A DNA stretch of 64,000 nt, taken from a virus. Lineage: Duplodnaviria; Caudoviricetes. The stretch spans positions 33,425 to 97,424 of the IMG/VR virus record IMGVR_UViG_2636415525_000002; one strand, 5' to 3'. The first letter of the stretch is position 1. Each line of letters opens with the position of its first letter. Position numbers and translations under genes: made by a program. Positions 48,408-56,518 of this stretch are shown here, piece by piece. The notes beneath the pieces are model-generated. The model had not been told where the DNA came from and ran no database searches. It worked only from the letters and a program-made list of their open reading frames with translations.

Positions 48408-48754
48408 ACGAGATCAAGCACACGCTCGGTCAGGCGTGGCTGCAGCGCGCGAAGGAGCTCGCGCAGGAGTGGGCCGACTCGAGCTTCGCGTATGGCGAGC
48501 TGCCCTCGGATGTCGACGACAGTTCGTCGGCCGATGCCTATGCGCGCTCGCTCGCGGCTGACCGCTCTCTCGACGCACACCTTCAACCGATGGCGCACCT
48601 GATCGACGCACTGCACCTGGTCGCGTCCAAGACCGTGCTCACGTCCGGCATCCGCGCCGTTGTCGATGACGCGCTGGCGAAGGCAGGCTTCGCCGCACCC
48701 ATGCCCGCGTCCGATCCCGTTCGCCACATCACCATCGCCGGAGTCGACCGATGA
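48404..48754 (+). CDS. Hypothetical phage protein
   Basis: ATGA-coupled. Confidence 0.65.
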   Translation: MNEIKHTLGQAWLQRAKELAQEWADSSFAYGELPSDVDDSSSADAYARSLAADRSLDAHLQPMAHLIDALHLVASKTVLTSGIRAVVDDALAKAGFAAPMPASDPVRHITIAGVDR

Positions 48755-48996
48755 GCAATCTCAAATCCCCCACGCAATGCGGCGACCTCGCTGAAAAGCT
48801 GATCGCCGACTACGTGCGTGAATCCGGTGCGTATGGCAATCCGAACGCGCTCGCGAACGTGATGGAAATGCTGATCAGCAAGGCGGCGCTCGGCATCGCG
48901 ATGGTCGGCGGCGAGGCGATCGCGCAGCAGATCCTCGACCGTACGAAGCACAACGTCGCGACTTTCGCCGAGCGGACGCTGCGGAGGAACCACTGA
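48751..48996 (+). CDS. Hypothetical phage protein
   Basis: ATGA-coupled. Confidence 0.65.
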   Translation: MSNLKSPTQCGDLAEKLIADYVRESGAYGNPNALANVMEMLISKAALGIAMVGGEAIAQQILDRTKHNVATFAERTLRRNH

Positions 48997-49172
48997 TGCG
49001 CTCGCCCCTCAACAGCCTACAGCCTGTATTTCGCGAATACAGGCAATCGCCTGTATCGCGCCTGCGCTACGTAATCGAAGGCTCGGCATGGGCAGTCGCA
49101 TACGGCGTCGCGATCGGCGCGCTCTGGTTCGGCGCTGATCTGGCCGGCCCGTATCTGCGGAGCCTGGGATGA
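48996..49172 (+). CDS. Small membrane protein (58 aa)
   Basis: Manual translation MRSPLNSL...AWAVAYGVAIGALWFG; GGAGG RBS; TGATG overlap. Confidence 0.6.
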   Translation: MRSPLNSLQPVFREYRQSPVSRLRYVIEGSAWAVAYGVAIGALWFGADLAGPYLRSLG

Positions 49173-49318
49173 AGTCCTTTCTGCGCAAGGTCGGCGAGCT
49201 GGTCGGCCTGTGGTTCGTCGTCGCGACGATCCTGTTCGTCTTCGTCTGGCTTGTCGTGCCGACGCTGATCAGTGCGCCAGACGACGCGCCTGTCATCGTT
49301 CCCACGAGGCCATCATGA
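49169..49318 (+). CDS. Small membrane protein (49 aa)
   Basis: Manual translation MKSFLRKVGELVGLWFVVATILFVFVWLVVP; ATGA overlaps. Confidence 0.6.
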   Translation: MKSFLRKVGELVGLWFVVATILFVFVWLVVPTLISAPDDAPVIVPTRPS

Positions 49319-49458
49319 GCCGCTTCACCGATCACGCTGACCTCTTTGAGCGTCGGCACCCGCGCGCCGCCCGGGCACTCGTTCTCGCGACCTTCATCGC
49401 AGTTGCAGTTATCGCGATCGCGATCGACTACACCTGCAAGCGCTTCGGAATCCTCTAA
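49315..49458 (+). CDS. Small membrane protein (47 aa)
   Basis: MSRFTDH...ALVLATFIAVAVIAIAI. Confidence 0.6.
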   Translation: MSRFTDHADLFERRHPRAARALVLATFIAVAVIAIAIDYTCKRFGIL

Positions 49459-49551
49459 GCGCCGCCGTCGCACCCATCGACGCAACGTTGTCCGCCACAT
49501 GCCGCGCCGTTCGATGCGCGTCTCTCGTCGTTCTATCTGGAGTTCCAAGAC

Positions 49552-49851
49552 ATGAAAACCATCGACACCCAACCGGTCGAGTCGTCGCAGATCCATAGCA
49601 TCGGCTACGACGCCGAATCCGAAACGCTTGCGGTCCGCTTCAAGGATCGCAAGACGAATGCGCCGACGTCGCTGTACCACTACACCGGCTTCACGCAGGC
49701 GAACTTCGATGCGCTCAAGGGCGCCGACTCGCTCGGCTCGCACTTCTACAAGCACATCAAGCCGTTCCCCGACCGCTTCCCGTACGTGTGCATCGAGAAG
49801 ATGCCGGTACCGGCCGCCGACGTCGACGCCGAAATCGCAGGTGCGGCATGA
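49552..49851 (+). CDS. KTSC-domain protein
   Basis: VESSQIHSIGYD...LAVRF...YHY...ADSLGSHFYKHIK. Confidence 0.88.
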   Translation: MKTIDTQPVESSQIHSIGYDAESETLAVRFKDRKTNAPTSLYHYTGFTQANFDALKGADSLGSHFYKHIKPFPDRFPYVCIEKMPVPAADVDAEIAGAA

Positions 49852-50657
49852 CCCCCTCGGTCTACACCGTGCGGGCGTCGAGCTGGGGCGCACTTTTCGA
49901 GTGCGCCTACCGGTGGGAGGCAATCCACCTCCTGAAGATGCGGAACGTCGTTGGTCTGCGCGCCGCGCTCGGTACCGCGATCCACGCCGGCACGGCTGCC
50001 TATGACCAGAGCATGCTTGACGGCTCCGGCCTGACCGTCGACGACGCGGCCGGAGCATTCGTCGACAAGCTGCACGACCCGTCGAACGAGTACAACCCGG
50101 CGAGCGACGATCTCAATCTGAAGGAAGCCGAGCGCATCGGTATCTCGCTCACGACGAAGTACTGCCTCGAAATCACGCCGCGGTACAACTTCGTCGCGGT
50201 CGAGATGGAAACGAAGCCGCTCGACATCGACTGCGGCGGTGGGATCGTGGTCCGCCTCACCGGCACGATGGACCGCGCACGTGTCCGTCGCACGGCGCTC
50301 GGCCCGGGCATCGCCGACCTGAAGAGCGGATCGAAGGCCGTCGCGCAGGGCGTCGCTGTCACGAAGGGCCACGGCCCGCAGATCGGGACATACGAGCTGT
50401 TGTACGAGCACACGACGGGCGAGCAGATCGGCGACACCGCCGAGATCATCGGCCTGAAAACGAAGGGTACGCCTGAGGTCGCGACCGCACCGGTCAAGAA
50501 CGCCAAGCGCGTGATGCTTGGCACCGAGGAAACGCCGGGGCTGATCCAGTTTGCCGCCGACATGTTCCGCTCTGGTCGCTTCTACCCCAACCCGAAATCG
50601 CTGTTGTGCGACAAGAAGTACTGCCCGCGCTACGGCACCTGCCAATTCCACGAATAA
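49848..50657 (+). CDS. PD-(D/E)xK (RecB/Cas4-like) exonuclease
   Basis: GTAIH, GTMD, ADLKSG, QIGTY, C-terminal Cys cluster. Confidence 0.82.
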   Translation: MTPSVYTVRASSWGALFECAYRWEAIHLLKMRNVVGLRAALGTAIHAGTAAYDQSMLDGSGLTVDDAAGAFVDKLHDPSNEYNPASDDLNLKEAERIGISLTTKYCLEITPRYNFVAVEMETKPLDIDCGGGIVVRLTGTMDRARVRRTALGPGIADLKSGSKAVAQGVAVTKGHGPQIGTYELLYEHTTGEQIGDTAEIIGLKTKGTPEVATAPVKNAKRVMLGTEETPGLIQFAADMFRSGRFYPNPKSLLCDKKYCPRYGTCQFHE

Positions 50658-50668
50658 CCGAGGTATCC

Positions 50669-51868
50669 ATGTCCACGCCCACCACTCTCGAATCCGTCCG
50701 CTCGCCGCTGCCGCGCGAGGCCAACATGCCCGCCGTGTCTCCCGGCTTCGGCTCGCTGCAGTCGTTCGAGCTGATGCAGCGCGCTGCGAACCTTCTTGCG
50801 TCGTCGACGCTCGTGCCTGCCGCGTATCGCAAGGTCATCGAAAAGCTCGACAAGTACGGCAACGTGAAGGAATCGCGTGAGAACCCGAACGCGCTCGCGA
50901 ACGCCGTCGTTGCGCTGAATATGGCGCAGCGCATGGGCGCCGATCCGCTGATGGTGATGCAGAACCTGTACATCGTCGAGGGCCGGCCGTCCTGGTCGTC
51001 GCAGTGGATCATCGCCGCGGTGAACGGCTGCGGCCGCTTCTCGCCCCTGCGCTTCGACATCAAGGTGCTCGGCGACAAGACAGTCGAACGCGTCGAAACG
51101 GTCTGGGAGAACGGCAACCGCAGCACGGTCACGAAGCGCGTGCCGATCGTCGACAAGGTCTGCGTGGCGTGGGCCATCGAGAAAGAGACCGGCGAGCGGA
51201 TCGACTCGCCTGCCGTGTCGATCGAGATGGCCGTCAAGGAAGGCTGGTACACGAAGAACGGCAGCAAGTGGCAGACGATGGACGAGGTCATGCTGCGCTA
51301 TCGCACCGCGTCGTTCTTCGGGAAGCTGTACGCGCCCGAGCTGCTAATGGGCCTGACGAGCGTCGAGGAAGTGGCGGACATCGTCGACGTGCACGAAGAC
51401 GGCAGTTACTCGGTCAACCGCTCGACGCTCGACGAGCTGCGCGCCGGACGCGCGCAGCCGGCCGAGGAAGTCTCGCGCGCCACGCCGGCGCAAACCGGCC
51501 CCGCCACCGAATCGCACGAAAACGCCGCGCCGCCGTCGGACGCGCACGCAGACCCCGTCGACGACCAGGGCGAACCGGGCGATGACGATGACGGCGGCCA
51601 AGGCGGTTTCGACTTCGACGTCGCCGGCCTCGTGCGCGGCATCCGCGAGGACATCGAGTCCGCCAAGTCGCCCGAAGACCTCGACCTCGCCCGCAGCGCG
51701 ATCAGCGGCGTGCCGGACGAAACCGCCAAGGCCGAACTGAACGCCCTCGCCTCCGCACGCATGCGCGCCATCACGGCGGCAGCCGAACAGGCGGCCGCTG
51801 GCAAGGCATCTTCCCAAACGACCGCGCCGGCCAGCCGTCGGCCGCGCGGCCCGATCACTGCCGACTAA
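50669..51868 (+). CDS. Putative recombinase/ssDNA-annealing protein
   Basis: PLMVMQNLYIVEGRPSW, SKWQTM..ML.YR; follows exonuclease. Confidence 0.6.
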   Translation: MSTPTTLESVRSPLPREANMPAVSPGFGSLQSFELMQRAANLLASSTLVPAAYRKVIEKLDKYGNVKESRENPNALANAVVALNMAQRMGADPLMVMQNLYIVEGRPSWSSQWIIAAVNGCGRFSPLRFDIKVLGDKTVERVETVWENGNRSTVTKRVPIVDKVCVAWAIEKETGERIDSPAVSIEMAVKEGWYTKNGSKWQTMDEVMLRYRTASFFGKLYAPELLMGLTSVEEVADIVDVHEDGSYSVNRSTLDELRAGRAQPAEEVSRATPAQTGPATESHENAAPPSDAHADPVDDQGEPGDDDDGGQGGFDFDVAGLVRGIREDIESAKSPEDLDLARSAISGVPDETAKAELNALASARMRAITAAAEQAAAGKASSQTTAPASRRPRGPITAD

Positions 51869-51898
51869 CGCGCGCCTTCCGCCGCCAAGGATTTCGAC

Positions 51899-52780
51899 AT
51901 GACCGACAAGAACGTCCTCCAGATGACCGCCGACAGCATCGGCAAAGACCTGCTTTCCGCGCTGGTGACCGAAATGAAGCTGATGCCCGACATCTGGGTG
52001 AAGCTGTCCGAGAAGAAGCAAAACGACGTGATCGACCGGCTGCGTGCGCGCGTCGAGCACAACGTGAAGATGGCGACGCATCTGATCGCGAGCGATGGCC
52101 GCATCGTCGTCCAGGGTGACCTCGACCAGGTCACGATCAAAGACGGCGTCAAGGCGGTCGTGAAATTCGGCGGTTCTCAGCCGAACCTGCACGAGCTCTA
52201 CGAAGCAAGTGGGAAAACCGTTCCGGTCGTCGTCGCAAACCCGGGCGAGCACACCGGCGGCATGGACGAGATCCGCGGCGAATCGGATCAGCGCGGCTTC
52301 GACCTCGGCCGCGAGTACACGGACGGCGATGGCGATGGCATGGACGGAGACAAACCCGATGGCGACGTCGTCGACGCCGAGTTCCGCGAGGTGCCGAAGC
52401 TCGGCGACGGTCCGACGCAAGCGCAGATCGACGAACAGCATCATGCCGGCCGGCAGGCGGCCGCCGAAGGCAAGCCCGAAAGCGAATGCCCCGTGATGGC
52501 AGGCGAACTGTGCATCGCATGGGTGAAGGGCTGGAAGGAGTGGCACGAGCAACAGGCCGGCGCCGGCGACGAGGATCCGCTGTACCCCCAAGTCGAAACG
52601 TTCGTGATCGAGCAGCAGAAAGTGACGATCTCGAGCGTGCAGCGTCAGTTCAAGATCGGCTACAACCGCGCCGCACGGCTGGTCGAACTGCTCGCAGCGA
52701 AGGGCATCGTGAGTGCGATGGATTCGGACGGCGGCCGCACGGTGCTGCGGCCGCGCAGGCAGCAGGGAGAGGAATCGTGA
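51899..52780 (+). CDS. Protein with RMF-like and FtsK-gamma domains
   Basis: DPLY...ISSVQRQFKIGYNRAARLVELL..GIVS; GRQAAAEGK..ECP...WVKGW. Confidence 0.8.
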   Translation: MTDKNVLQMTADSIGKDLLSALVTEMKLMPDIWVKLSEKKQNDVIDRLRARVEHNVKMATHLIASDGRIVVQGDLDQVTIKDGVKAVVKFGGSQPNLHELYEASGKTVPVVVANPGEHTGGMDEIRGESDQRGFDLGREYTDGDGDGMDGDKPDGDVVDAEFREVPKLGDGPTQAQIDEQHHAGRQAAAEGKPESECPVMAGELCIAWVKGWKEWHEQQAGAGDEDPLYPQVETFVIEQQKVTISSVQRQFKIGYNRAARLVELLAAKGIVSAMDSDGGRTVLRPRRQQGEES

Positions 52781-54543
52781 AAATCACCGACATCTACGTA
52801 GCGAACGTTCTCGGAATCCGGACGGCGGACCTCCGGCTCGCAAAGCCGGTCGCCCTCTTCACCGGCCCGAACGGCGCCGGCAAGAGCAGCCTGCAGGAAG
52901 CCGTGCGCATGGCGCTCACCGGTGACACGGTGCGCGTCGCGCTGAAGAAGGAATACGGCTCGCTCGTCACCGAGGGAGCCGACGGCGGCCAGATCGTGGT
53001 CGCGTGCGGCGAGCAGGCGAACAGCGTCATGCTGCCGTCCGGGAAACTCAAGCGTGAGATCGCCGAGGATCCGCGCCTGCCGCTGGTGCTCGACGCGCAG
53101 CGGTTCGCGCACCTCGGCGCGGGCGAGCGTCGCGCGTTCCTGTACGATCTGATGGGCGTGAAGATCGGCGTCGACGAAATGCGCGCCCGGCTGCTCGCTA
53201 AGCTCGGGCTTCGCGCAGACGCAGTGCCGGCACCGGCCGCCGCGCGGCTCGCGGCGATCACGCCGATGTTGCGCGCCGGCTTCGAAGCGGCGCAGAAGGA
53301 AGCGGCCGACCGCGCGCGCGGCGCGAAGCAGTCATGGCGCAACGCGACCGGCGAGACGTACGGCAGCCAGAAGGCAGCAACCTGGCGCCCGGCGCCGGTC
53401 GAGTTCGACGAGGCAGCATTGCGGAAGCTCACGGGCGACCGCGCGGCGCTCGACGACCGGATCGGCGAGCTGCAGCAGCAGATCGGCGCTGCCGATGCGG
53501 CGGACACCGCGGCACGTGCGCGCGCGTCGAAAATCGCCGACCTGCGCACGCGCGCCGCCGGTTACGCGAAGGCGGTCGAACTCGCGCAGCTCGCCGACGA
53601 GCAGGTCGCCGAATTCGAGCCCAAGGTCGAAGCGCTTCGTGTGCGCGCCGGCGCGGCGCCGGCCGGCACCGAATGTTCGTGCCCGGAATGCGGAGCGCTC
53701 CTGCGGTACCTCAACGGCGTTTTGTCGGCCGCGGCCGCAGCCGGCGCGCGCGACGCTGACGCGGCCGCGAAACTGCCCGAGTACGAGCAGGGCCTGAAGA
53801 CGCTGCAGAACGCTGCTGCGAACCGTAAGCGCGACCTCGAAGCGGCAGACTCGGCCGCGACGCAGTTGCGCGCGCTCGAAGACGATGCAGCGGACAGCGG
53901 CGCGGCCGCCGCGCGCGAAAGCGGCGACGCCGCGCGCTCGGAGCTGGCCGACCTTCAGCACCGCCGAAAGCAGCTCGACACCGACATCGCGACGCTTCGC
54001 GAGATCGAGCGCCGCGCCGCCGGCGCCGCAGATCTGGCCAAGCAAGCCGCCGCGCTGCACAGCGACGTCGCCGCGTACGAGGCGATCGCCGACGCGCTCG
54101 CGCCGAACGGCATCCCGGCCGACTTGCTCAGCGAAGCGCTCACGCCGATGAACGAGCGCCTCGTCGCGCTCGCCGAGATGTCGGAATGGGCCGACGTGAC
54201 GATCACGCCCGAGATGGAAGTCCTCGCCGACGGCCGCGCGTACGCCCTGCTGTCCGAATCGGAACGCTGGCGCGTCGATGCGCACATCGCCGCGGCGATC
54301 AGCCACTTCTCAGGCCTGAAACTGCTCGTGCTCGATCGTGCCGACGTCCTGGTCGGCCCGGAGCGCGATCGGCTGCTCTACTGGCTCGACGATCTCGCGT
54401 ACACCGACCAGATCGAGACGGCGCTCGTGTTCATGAGCCTGAAGACGCCGCCCGGCGGCCTGCCCGAAGCCATCGAAGCATTCTGGGTCGAGGATGGTCA
54501 GGTCGCGCCAGCCGCGCAGCATGCAATACGGGAGGCAGCGTGA
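52777..54543 (+). CDS. SMC/Rad50(SbcC)-like ABC ATPase
   Basis: GPNGAGKSS, coiled coils, CPEC hook, LSESE signature, LLVLD. Confidence 0.85.
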   Translation: MKITDIYVANVLGIRTADLRLAKPVALFTGPNGAGKSSLQEAVRMALTGDTVRVALKKEYGSLVTEGADGGQIVVACGEQANSVMLPSGKLKREIAEDPRLPLVLDAQRFAHLGAGERRAFLYDLMGVKIGVDEMRARLLAKLGLRADAVPAPAAARLAAITPMLRAGFEAAQKEAADRARGAKQSWRNATGETYGSQKAATWRPAPVEFDEAALRKLTGDRAALDDRIGELQQQIGAADAADTAARARASKIADLRTRAAGYAKAVELAQLADEQVAEFEPKVEALRVRAGAAPAGTECSCPECGALLRYLNGVLSAAAAAGARDADAAAKLPEYEQGLKTLQNAAANRKRDLEAADSAATQLRALEDDAADSGAAAARESGDAARSELADLQHRRKQLDTDIATLREIERRAAGAADLAKQAAALHSDVAAYEAIADALAPNGIPADLLSEALTPMNERLVALAEMSEWADVTITPEMEVLADGRAYALLSESERWRVDAHIAAAISHFSGLKLLVLDRADVLVGPERDRLLYWLDDLAYTDQIETALVFMSLKTPPGGLPEAIEAFWVEDGQVAPAAQHAIREAA

Positions 54544-55154
54544 GAGAAGACATCGAGAAGTATCTCGCCGCGACGTCAGAAGCCACGGCGAAGGCCGTAG
54601 CGACCGGGACCGGGCTTCCCCATCTCGACGTGACGAAGGAGCTGAACCGGATGCTCGGCGAGGCGATCGTCGAGCGCGAGAAACGGGCCGGCGGCGGCAA
54701 CGAATATGTGTACTGGCTCGCGCGCGGCGTCGCTCCGATACCGCCGGCCGACGCCGCGCCGCCGGTCGTCGCTCTGTCGCTGGCCGACGCCATTGCGAGC
54801 CTGCCGCCGTCGGCCGTAGCGGCCGACACCACCTCACGCGTCATCGCGGAGCTGCGAGCCGAGGTCGAACGGCTCACCGCCGAGCGCGACGCGGCGCAGC
54901 AACGAGCCGACACCTGGCGCGCGAACGCCGCGGCACTCGAAGCGCGCATCGACGAGCTGACGCTCGGGCCCGTCGGCGCGCGTGCACCGCTGTTCGTGAC
55001 GGTCGGCAGGTATTGCAAACCACGGCGTCACGCGTCGCTCGAGAAAGCCCAGCGGCGCGGCAGCGCGCTCGTACGCAGCGAGAAGGAATCCGAGGTGCTC
55101 GTGCTCGAGCCGGTTGGCCGGATCGTGCGCGGCACGCAGTGGATGCCCCGCTGA
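54540..55154 (+). CDS. wHTH plus coiled-coil protein
   Basis: GTG start; ATAKAVATGTGL...EYVYWL. Confidence 0.65.
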   Translation: MREDIEKYLAATSEATAKAVATGTGLPHLDVTKELNRMLGEAIVEREKRAGGGNEYVYWLARGVAPIPPADAAPPVVALSLADAIASLPPSAVAADTTSRVIAELRAEVERLTAERDAAQQRADTWRANAAALEARIDELTLGPVGARAPLFVTVGRYCKPRRHASLEKAQRRGSALVRSEKESEVLVLEPVGRIVRGTQWMPR

Positions 55155-55202
55155 TTCAACAGAGCCTACCCCGCGCGGCTTACCTCGGACCGCGCGGCAT
55201 TC

Positions 55203-55238
55203 GAAGGGCGCCGATCAATCTCGGCGCCCTTCTCTTTT
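55203..55238 (+). terminator. Terminator-like hairpin upstream of DGR cassette
   Basis: GAAGGGCGCCGA-TCAATC-TCGGCGCCCTTC followed by TCTTTT. Confidence 0.7.
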
Positions 55239-55249
55239 CCGGAGAAACC

Positions 55250-55612
55250 ATGCAGATCCAGCTTCCTACGCTCGCCGACGGCGAGATCTACCTCTGCGGC
55301 TTTGTCGACAAGAACGGCGACGTCACGCACACGATTCTGCTGCCCGGCGACAACGACGACGCCAGCTGGCAGGCGCAGATGGACTGGGCCAAGAGCATCG
55401 GAGGTGATTTGCCGACACGGGTCGAAATGCTGTTCCTGCTGGAAAACCATCGTGACGAGTTCGAGCGCGACGCGTACTGGACGTGCCAGCCGGACACCGA
55501 CCCGGGCTACTCCGGCTGGGCGTGGTACCAGGACTTCGGCAATGGCCTCCAGAACTTCAGCCCCCAGATCAGCGAGTTGCGCGCCCGCGCCGTCCGCAGA
55601 TTGTCGATTTAA
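55250..55612 (+). CDS. DGR target 2: DUF1566/CLec-like protein
   Basis: GGAG RBS; MQIQLPTL...SGWAWYQDFGNGLQNFSPQISELRARAVRR; 120 aa. Confidence 0.92.
   Translation: MQIQLPTLADGEIYLCGFVDKNGDVTHTILLPGDNDDASWQAQMDWAKSIGGDLPTRVEMLFLLENHRDEFERDAYWTCQPDTDPGYSGWAWYQDFGNGLQNFSPQISELRARAVRRLSI
55511..55601 (+). repeat. DGR variable repeat VR2
   Basis: 91 bp; 11 mismatches to TR, all at TR adenines. Confidence 0.95.
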
Positions 55613-55642
55613 CCCTTCATCCTTTCACAATCGGAGCACGCA

Positions 55643-56107
55643 ATGACGATCACGCTGGAACAGATTGAAGCAGATCACGCGCGCATCGGCGCGCTGATCG
55701 ACGAATTCAAGAAGCAGCAGCGCGCGACCGAGCACCACGTCGACGCCGCCACGGTCCCGCTCGCGGCCGGCGAGCGCATCGCCGGGCAGATCCTTCTCGA
55801 AGACGGTTCGCTGAGCCACTACCTGATTCTCCTGCCGGGCGATGCCGAAGATCTGGACTGGGAAGCGGCGAAGGCATGGGCCGCCGAACGTGGCGGCGAA
55901 CTGCCGACGCGGCGGGAGCAATCGCTCCTGTTCGCGAACCTGAAGGGCGAGTTCGAGCCGAGCTGGTATTGGTCCAGCGAACGCCACGAATCGAACTCCG
56001 GCTGGGCGTGGTACCAGTACTTCAGCAATGGCAGCCAGTACTACGGCCGCCAGCTCAGCGAGTTGCGCGCCCGCGCCGTCCGCAGATTTATCCATTCAGT
56101 TTTTTGA
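55643..56107 (+). CDS. DGR target 1: DUF1566/CLec-like protein
   Basis: LPTRREQSLL...WYWSS...SGWAWYQYFSNGSQYYGRQLSELRARAVRR. Confidence 0.93.
   Translation: MTITLEQIEADHARIGALIDEFKKQQRATEHHVDAATVPLAAGERIAGQILLEDGSLSHYLILLPGDAEDLDWEAAKAWAAERGGELPTRREQSLLFANLKGEFEPSWYWSSERHESNSGWAWYQYFSNGSQYYGRQLSELRARAVRRFIHSVF
55997..56087 (+). repeat. DGR variable repeat VR1
   Basis: 91 bp; 11 mismatches to TR, all at TR adenines. Confidence 0.95.
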
Positions 56108-56121
56108 TCATTTGACCCACC

Positions 56122-56478
56122 GTGGCCCTGCACAACCAACTCCCGATATATCGAGCCGCCTACGGGCTGCTCGATGACGTCACCAACCTGGTCAAGAACA
56201 TGCCCCGCGACTTCAAGCGCAGCATCGGCGAGAAGATCAGCGCGGAGTGCATCGAGATCATGGTGTTGGTGTTCCGCGCGAACGTCGCGGCCGACAAGGC
56301 ACCTCACCTCGTCGAATTGCTTGAGCGCTTGCAGGTAATCGAGTTGCTGCTTCGTCTCAGCATGGACAAGCGCCTGATCGCACCCGACGGCTACGCAGCT
56401 GCCGTCGAGAAAACGACGAGCATCGGGAAGCAGGCCAACGGCTGGAAGAACGCCGCAAACCGTCGCCCGCTCCGCTAA
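56122..56478 (+). CDS. avd: Avd accessory variability determinant (four-helix bundle)
   Basis: LPIY, MPRDFKRSIG, LLLRL, IGKQANGWK; lies between target and TR. Confidence 0.9.
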   Translation: MALHNQLPIYRAAYGLLDDVTNLVKNMPRDFKRSIGEKISAECIEIMVLVFRANVAADKAPHLVELLERLQVIELLLRLSMDKRLIAPDGYAAAVEKTTSIGKQANGWKNAANRRPLR

Positions 56479-56518
56479 GGTCACGGCCTTCGCGGCTGAG
56501 CGATATATCAATCTGGTC

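Noticed and set aside
54494-55249. Long N-terminal extension of DGR target 2 (372-aa ORF)
   Set aside because: Arg-rich shadow frame overlapping 54540-55154 and crossing a terminator; ATG 55250 has an RBS and matches the paralogue length.
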